From positions 352,001-416,000 of the forward strand of contig CAVSTP010000004.1 in the NCBI GenBank assembly GCA_963730935.1: a DNA stretch of 64,000 bases, read 5' to 3'. This stretch comes from an uncultured Nitrospiraceae bacterium (GTDB lineage Bacteria > Nitrospirota > Nitrospiria > Nitrospirales > Nitrospiraceae). Below are positions 58,037-64,000 of this stretch, one piece after another. Numbering within the stretch: the first letter of the stretch is position 1; each line of letters begins with the position of its first letter. Position numbers and translations under genes: made by a program. The notes beneath the pieces are model-generated. The model was given only the letters and a program-made list of their open reading frames with translations, was not told the origin of the DNA and ran no database searches.

Positions 58037-58139
58037 GGGCAGGTCCTCCTTAACGTCCTTCCGAGTGGAGTCACGGTTTCTTGTCTGTTTCCTCCGACGG
58101 AATTCCCGGTTCGTCGGGCCGGTCATCCAGCCAAAATAA

Positions 58140-59202
58140 GGGGAACGGATCAGCAGCGCTGCTGCCCGCTATTGTTCTGCTCGTTACTCTCCGCCAAAAG
58201 CGGGCCGTCGGTCGGCCTGTCTCTTTCTTCTTCAAAAAAAAGTGATACCTGTTATTCGGTCCAGCCACCATGTCTCTGTATTTGCTAAGGATATCCACCT
58301 GCACGGAAGCATCGGTGGAGAAATCGGTCTGGTAAAGGAGAACACCAACGTGTGCACCTTGAGGTTGGCCTGGTGCTGACCTCCAGGCCGGCACAAGAAA
58401 TGTGTGGAACTCCCGTAGCGTGCCTCGGCTCGCTCCGAGGCTGCAACTTCCATTTCGATGTTGCCCTGATTCTCCGGCTTATGCCACAGGAAGACGATCT
58501 CACTTTTCGAGTTGAGAATGTTGGCAAACTGCGATCGCATCCGCTAGCTATAAAGAACCTCAAATGTGAGACAAAGAAGTCGTAGAGCGGGATAAGCGTG
58601 AACTGCTTGGTGACCAAGAAGGATTACCCATTGGGGACCAGCTCGCGCAGAGTGATATCGAGGCGCATGAAACGGGGCCTCCCGTCCCCCTCTGCCTCAC
58701 GATACGAGATGATCAGGCCGGTGGTGGGACTATAGGTCTTCTTCAGGCGCTGAACTCGGAAGGAAGAGTTGTAGGAGACGCTGATCTCGATCGGGACCGT
58801 CACCGGCACGTTTGCGGGGACGCGGAAGTTCACGGAGATGCTCTTCGACGTGATCCGGATCGCCTGTACGATGGCGTTTAAACTCGGAGTCGGCGCGATA
58901 GAACCAGTAGATTGAAGGGTGCCGCTGGGCGCCACGGGCGCCGTAAGCCCAGGCAGGAGCCCTCGTTCCTGAATGTCGGTGGCCTCCTCCGCCGGCGGAG
59001 CCGGCTCTTCGGGCATCGTGGGCGGCGTGGATTGCGATGCCGGCGCTGGTGCGTCGGTTGTTGTGGCGGACTCACCACCGGTGCCAATAGATGGGATAGT
59101 CTGAAGCGGCGACTCGTCCGCCAGAAGCAGGCTCGCTGACGGGATGCTCAACAGGCCACTGATCATCAGGATTGCTGTTATCCACATGGTGATCGCGATC
59201 AT
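58140..59202 (-). pseudogene. Decayed third copy of the 48585/49632 family
   Basis: TDIQERG; in-frame TAA after RELVPNG (58624-58626); homologous text continues (FTLIPLYDFFV..LRF, YHFFLK) across frameshifts. Confidence 0.75.
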
Positions 59203-59241
59203 AAAGTCTCCTCCACGCTGCGCCACTGGAGACAGTTCATG

Positions 59242-59764
59242 TTAACGTCCCCTGGGAGGGCCTCCCTTACTCGGCGGACCGCTGCTCCATTCGCATTTGC
59301 CGTTACAAGGACCCTGCGGATACTTGCGACAGATTGCGACGTCGTCTTTGGACACAACCATGCACATCCCCGTTCCACTAGTACACCCGCAGGTCATGAC
59401 CGTCTCATTTGTGACCGCACCACCGGCTTTTCGCTTTGCCGTCATTTGGTTATTCGCACCCTTTTCTAACAAGTACCCCGGCGAGGCCCTGAGTTGATCC
59501 CCCTGCACGATGAATCCTTGAGGCGGCACGCCGCGTTCCTGCACGTCTCCCGATGAGGCATACTGCAATTCTGCCTCTGTTGCACCGTACGGTCCTATCG
59601 GATCGCGGAAGCCGCCGCGCGATTGAATTTCCGTCCGGTTCTCCTGTTGGGCGCTCTTCGATGGTGCCAACGGATGATTTCGAGGGCTCAGGCGTTTCAC
59701 CGAAGGCTGAACCAAGTAGGAGTAGCCATATCAATGCAACGCTCACGGGGATTGGGCTCATCAT
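59242..59764 (-). CDS. Exported Cys-rich protein, frameshifted near 59.6 kb
   Basis: Signal peptide in ORF 59450-59764; GDVQERG and a CGC...6-Cys domain in ORF 59242-59715. Confidence 0.6.
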
Positions 59765-60034
59765 GTATCATCTCCTTTCATCTGAAACGGAAAATTGTTC
59801 CAACGGGAATAGGACAGAGACCAGTTAATCCACTTCACGGTCACCCCGCGCGTGAGAGCGTGATAGCCCTAAACGTGCTTCATTCGAGGCATTTCCCATG
59901 ACTGCCTCGGTTTCGATCTCCCGATTCAGCGAACTCCAACCAGTCTTTACTGAGCCCTTAGGCAACTACACTCGACGCCGCTCGTCGTGTCGCAGACCGC
60001 ACTGCTCCCGCAGACACTTGAGGAAAACATGTTC

Positions 60035-60325
60035 TCACAACGGCGTCGCCTCGACAGGTGCAGGAAGATGTTCAGGAAAAATGCATATGCCGCCTTTGGG
60101 CGGGAGCGGAGTGCGTGGTCCCTGATATCGTGGGACTTTCATAAAGCCCGACTTTTGCATAGGCTTGGTCTGCATTGACAGGCCGCGAACCTGCATCGAT
60201 TGGTCAGACGAAGGCGGCGGAGCGGTCGGGTCGTCCGCCCATACCGAGGCAGTCCCGTTAATCAGAAGAGCCATCGTAAATACAGCGAAACCAAATACTC
60301 CAATGTTCATCTCGGAACGTTTCAT
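60035..60325 (-). CDS. Short exported protein or truncated remnant
   Basis: GGGAGGG RBS; signal peptide ending VWA; SMQVRGL motif. Confidence 0.5.
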   Translation of the reverse strand: MKRSEMNIGVFGFAVFTMALLINGTASVWADDPTAPPPSSDQSMQVRGLSMQTKPMQKSGFMKVPRYQGPRTPLPPKGGICIFPEHLPAPVEATPL

Positions 60326-60436
60326 ACATCCCTCCCGTGGGTTTCATAAAAGTTGCTGACTGGTTGTTCCAAGAGATGATATTTCTCCCTATTCTCCGAT
60401 GATGGGTCGGCGACACATTAGCCGGTGTTACTTTCT

Positions 60437-61190
60437 TCAACTCGCTCGCGCAATCAGCTCTTTCAGTCCCTTTAGATCCAGGCGCTCCTGGTTGCAGTTC
60501 GGTTCCGACTATGAATCCCGGTGTGCCGTTGATGCCGAGCTCCTTGGCCAGCGCGCGATTACGATCGATGACCATCTGCCACTCCGAGTTCGCCATGTCG
60601 GCTTCGAGTCGTTTGGTGTCAAGCCCGACCTCGGTCGCGACGCGCAGCACTTCTTCCTTTGTCATCTCGTTCTTGCTGGCGAGCAGCGCTTCATGAAACT
60701 GTTGATGTTTGCCTTGTGCGCGCGACGCCAGAGCGGCTTTCGCGGCAAGTTCGGAGGGCTCGCCGAGAATCGGGAAATCCTTATAGACGACGCGCACTCT
60801 CGAGTCTTCTTTTTGCAGCTGCGTCACGGCTGGTGCTGCTCTCTTGCAGAATCCGCAGCGGTAGTCGAAAAACTCGACGAGAGTGACCTCGCCGTCGGGA
60901 TTCCCGCTTACCGGCGAGCTTGGATCGCGAAGCAGGTCTTGCTGCCGTTTGCCGATGGCCGCCTTCTGCCGCGCCTTTTCCTCCGCCTCCCGCTTAGTCT
61001 CAAGTGCCTGCAGAGATTGCTCGATCACTTCAGGGTGCGAGCGGATGTACTGCTCGATGGCACGTTCCAGTTCCGGTGTGAGCTTCGAGTCAGTCACTGT
61101 CGGTTCGGCCCATACATTGGATGGACTCAGCAGGCATATTGCCGCACAACCTGCAGCTAGTAACCCGCAACCACCTGAGGAAGAGATCAT
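60437..61190 (-). CDS. DsbA-family (Com1/ScsC-like) thiol-disulfide oxidoreductase; extra base near 60481
   Basis: IEQYIRSHPEVI, VEFFDYRCGFCK, KDFPILG, LGINGTPGFIVG; removing one C gives the typical end PGALDLKGLKELIARAS*. Confidence 0.88.
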
Positions 61191-61229
61191 GTTTGAAGCT
61201 CCTGTTCGTTGGATTGACGCTCTCCGGAC

Positions 61230-61450
61230 GTCTGTCGCCCTGTGTCTTTCAAAGGTTCATGCCAAAAATTGAAGATTCCCGATGCCGTTATGAACCTATT
61301 GGCAGCGCCTCATGACATACAGGATGAGAGGACATTCAGTCCTCCCAGTTCAAAGGAGGCACACCATGTGGATCATCGCCATCGTTTTCCTCCCGCTCAT
61401 CGTCATAGCCCTCACTTCACTTCTGTGCGAGACCTTGGAAAGGGAGTAGG
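61230..61450. repeat. Copy 1 of a roughly 220-bp element: back-to-back ECF-type promoters, hairpin, RBS and small ORF
   Basis: Similar to 63136-63356; minus-strand TGAACC-N16-CGAC at 61234-61259, plus-strand TGAACC-N16-TGAC at 61291-61316. Confidence 0.85.
61366..61449 (+). CDS. 27-aa single-TM peptide MWIIAIVFLPLIVIALTSLLCETLERE
   Basis: AAAGGAGG RBS; conserved in the second copy with mostly conservative changes. Confidence 0.65.
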   Translation: MWIIAIVFLPLIVIALTSLLCETLERE

Positions 61451-61502
61451 GAGTGCCGACCACTCCTAATTCCCCATCCAATGGGTCGCACCGGGGCTCG
61501 CC

Positions 61503-62467
61503 TCACCGAATCCCTGGCGGAAACACGACACCGATCGATGCTTGCCCCCCCGCAGCTTGACCTAACGGGACAATTTGACCGGCCGGACCGGCCTGACGGA
61601 TTTGCGTGCTCATCTGTTGGATGACGTTTTCGAATTCCAGGCTGAACTCCGTCGTAAACGTTTGGCAGGTAATGATCACGCAGCCGACAAAGCTACCCTT
61701 TTCATGCTTGCAGTCGGGATCATAAGGACAGGCGTCGTCAGCGTTACGGGTCCCATCGCCATCGCAATCTCCGTCCGGCCCTTTATCCTGGCAATTGTCC
61801 CTCGTTGTCTTTTGCTGTTGTTCGTTCTTGTGGTTCTGCCACCAGGCCGCTATCCAGTTCCAGGCATCTTGGAAAAAGCCCCAAACGGTAAACACGTTAG
61901 TCCCGAAAGGCTGTGGGCCGGCCAATCGAGTCCGGAGCACGTACACGAAGCGCATCCAGTCCCACCATGCGCATGACATCTGCTCTCGGTATCTGAATGA
62001 CATCGGCGAACTGATTCGGCGTAAACACCATCGCGACATCCGTTCTGCCCGCTATTACGGAATCGAGAGTTTGAAGACCGCCGGGCGTGTTCCGCAGCGT
62101 ATTTGCGAGAGATGCGCGCACGGGAGCCTGCGAGTACACGACGGATATATCAACGGGGGTGATCCAATACCCGTTGACGAATGCAATCGGTGGGATGGTG
62201 CGTAGTTGGCGGCGAATCTCGCGCGTCGACCGCGCTGCGTACAACCGGCTGGTTCAGGGCGGCACGGTACGCCGACATGACCTGAGGTGATGGTGGGGGA
62301 ACTCGAGAAGTGCCGGAGGGACGACCTGGAAATTGCGGCACCGCCCGCTCTTCGATGCCTCCTTGCTTCGAGGTGTCGTCCGCCTGCACAAATGTGGCTT
62401 CCATATTGAACATCACTAAGCCACAAATGAAGAAGCCTGCCCAACGAACACTGTCGACCGTATTCAT
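61503..62467 (-). pseudogene. Exported protein split over three frames, with thrombospondin type-3-like Ca-binding motif
   Basis: Signal peptide and GIEERAVP (62150-62467); middle part in 61897-62244; DCDGDGTRNADDACPYDP in 61503-62039. Confidence 0.55.
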
Positions 62468-62523
62468 AATCGCCCTCCAGTCATCCGCGTGTCTCCCCCG
62501 TGCATTGCCGTAGCGGCCGCCGC

Positions 62524-63084
62524 TTAGTGCGGACCCAACACCTTTCTGATCTTATTGTTGGCGCTATTGAGTTCTGCACAATTGTTGGGAGGGTTGCAAA
62601 TGATAGTGACTTCGACAATGACTGTCTCTGCCGCGGTAAACTTTGGGTCGACTTTGAATTTCTTCGATTGATCGGGCGCGAGCGGAGCCACAGTTCGCTG
62701 ATCCCTGATCGTGCAATTGTTGTTCGCAATGCACTGGCTTGGATTGGGCGGTGTGCTCAGAGGGTTGTACCGCATACCTAACGTCAGAACCTGTACGGAT
62801 GGCATCGGCACGTTACCCTTGTTTACGATCTTGATCTCCGCCTTGTACTGGGCATGCAAGACATCGAGCCATTCTTGATCGATGGAGGCTGTCACATCCG
62901 GCAGAGGGAAGTGTTGTGGAACAGGCAGGCCTCTTTTCTCAACCTGTCCCTCTTGGCTGTTCGGTTCGGTGTTGGCCGGTTGGTCTTGAGCTAACAGAGA
63001 AGCAGTCGTCCAGCACGGAAATACTGCTAGCGCACACAGTGAGAGTATCAACGATAGCCTGCTCCACCGCGGGGCTAGGTGCAT
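62524..63084 (-). CDS. Exported CARDB-like Ig-fold protein
   Basis: AAGGAG RBS; signal peptide; GQVEKRG; LPDV...IVNKGN...LAPDQS...ELNSANN. Confidence 0.7.
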   Translation of the reverse strand: MHLAPRWSRLSLILSLCALAVFPCWTTASLLAQDQPANTEPNSQEGQVEKRGLPVPQHFPLPDVTASIDQEWLDVLHAQYKAEIKIVNKGNVPMPSVQVLTLGMRYNPLSTPPNPSQCIANNNCTIRDQRTVAPLAPDQSKKFKVDPKFTAAETVIVEVTIICNPPNNCAELNSANNKIRKVLGPH

Positions 63085-63135
63085 GTCGGTCTCTCCTTAT
63101 CCTTAGGAGCTTCGTCAGGTGGAATCTTTTGGTAC

Positions 63136-63356
63136 GTCTGTCGTCCTGTATCCTTCAAAGGTTCATGCCCAAAAATCGAAGGGATCATACACCTGCATGA
63201 ACCTTTGAGTGGCGCCTCGTGACCTACCGACGAGAGGACATTCAGTCCTCCCCGGCTCAAAGGAGGCAGATCATGTGGGTCATCGCCATCGTTTTCGTCC
63301 CGCTCATCCTCATCGCCGTCAGCTCGCTGGTGTGCGAGTCCTGGGAGTGAGAGTAG
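63136..63356. repeat. Copy 2 of the bidirectional promoter / small ORF element
   Basis: Minus-strand TGAACC-N16-CGAC at 63140-63165, plus-strand TGAACC-N16-TGAC at 63198-63223. Confidence 0.85.
63273..63350 (+). CDS. 25-aa single-TM peptide MWVIAIVFVPLILIAVSSLVCESWE
   Basis: AAAGGAGG RBS; paralog of 61366-61449. Confidence 0.65.
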   Translation: MWVIAIVFVPLILIAVSSLVCESWE

Positions 63357-63358
63357 GA

Positions 63359-63988
63359 TTATTTCCCTCCCGTACGCACTCCATCCGCCCAACTCCGTGC
63401 CGCCTTGGCATCCGTGGGAGCCGGTTTCGTGCATTTCTTCCCCCGCACTCCATAGCTGATGGTCTCTGTCTTGATCGGGCAGGTGCCGAAGGGGGTGCCG
63501 AATTGGACGACTCCCTCAATGACGGTCAGAATGCTTTGCCCGTCGTTCTGCACCTTCAAATTGAACTCAGTTTCCTTTACAGATGCGGTTGCCACAGGCG
63601 TTTCCACTTCAAACCGCTTGGGTCCGCCGGCGGTTTTTGCCCACACCTCGCCCTGCGATAGTCGGAGAATCCGTGTCATGGGCTTGCCCTTTTCCCATCG
63701 AGAGATCAGCTTGAACGTGGTGCTTTCGTTCAAGGCGACCTGAATGCCTTCCTGAAACTCGATGAGGGCCTGGCTGCTCTCATCCGTCTTGAGCACGTCG
63801 CCCTCGTACAATGGCACATTGCCCTTTCCTTGAAGACGTTGCTGCACGCCGTCGGTTCGAACGATCGTCAGCGTACCGATCGCATTGGTCGCTGCACCGA
63901 GGGGAGTATTCTGGGCGATGGCAGTGCCGGTTACCGCAACGCAAAAGGTCATCAGAGCTGCGATGATGTTCCATGGATTCGATGTCAT
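63359..63988 (-). CDS. Exported FecR-domain protein
   Basis: Signal peptide; LYEGDVLKT, LSQGEVWA, FEVETPVATASVKETEF, LTVIEGVV. Confidence 0.8.
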   Translation of the reverse strand: MTSNPWNIIAALMTFCVAVTGTAIAQNTPLGAATNAIGTLTIVRTDGVQQRLQGKGNVPLYEGDVLKTDESSQALIEFQEGIQVALNESTTFKLISRWEKGKPMTRILRLSQGEVWAKTAGGPKRFEVETPVATASVKETEFNLKVQNDGQSILTVIEGVVQFGTPFGTCPIKTETISYGVRGKKCTKPAPTDAKAARSWADGVRTGGK

Positions 63989-64000
63989 GTGTTTCTCCTT

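Noticed and set aside
1..64000. rRNA, tRNA, IS elements or integrase
   Set aside because: None recognised by eye; covariance-model and transposase searches were not possible.

Overview
The window has two parts. (1) Positions 1-9.4 kb hold an ordinary catabolic cluster on the + strand: the 3' end of a biotin-dependent carboxyltransferase, two crotonases, HMG-CoA lyase, MeaB, prpD/prpB/prpC, a frameshifted acyl-CoA ligase and a frameshifted OsmC-family gene. (2) Positions 9.5-64 kb form a roughly 55 kb island of about 45 genes, most of them encoding exported proteins. The island starts with an ECF sigma factor, a zinc-finger anti-sigma factor and three exported caspase-fold (C14) proteases. Three patterns tie it together. 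(a) About 25 otherwise unrelated exported proteins, plus the anti-sigma and the caspases themselves, carry a short motif [VILM]-x-x-R|[GAS]. It occurs either at the end of an acidic N-terminal pro-segment (GEVQERG, GDIQERG, GEVESRG) or at the start of an acidic C-terminal tail (IMRRGVEGEQP...SEKEGK). This fits processing by an Arg-specific meta/orthocaspase. (b) Ten exact and two near copies of an ECF-type promoter TGAACC-N16-(C/T)GAC lie upstream of the island's operons. (c) Contractile-injection parts (two Hcp, a VgrG, a tandem phage tail-tube protein and a spike-tip-like protein) carry Sec or Tat signal peptides, with no sheath or baseplate genes in the window. My inference is an ECF-controlled, caspase-matured secretome. 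All family assignments come from motif recognition by eye, not database searches. Several single-base frameshifts look like sequencing indels.
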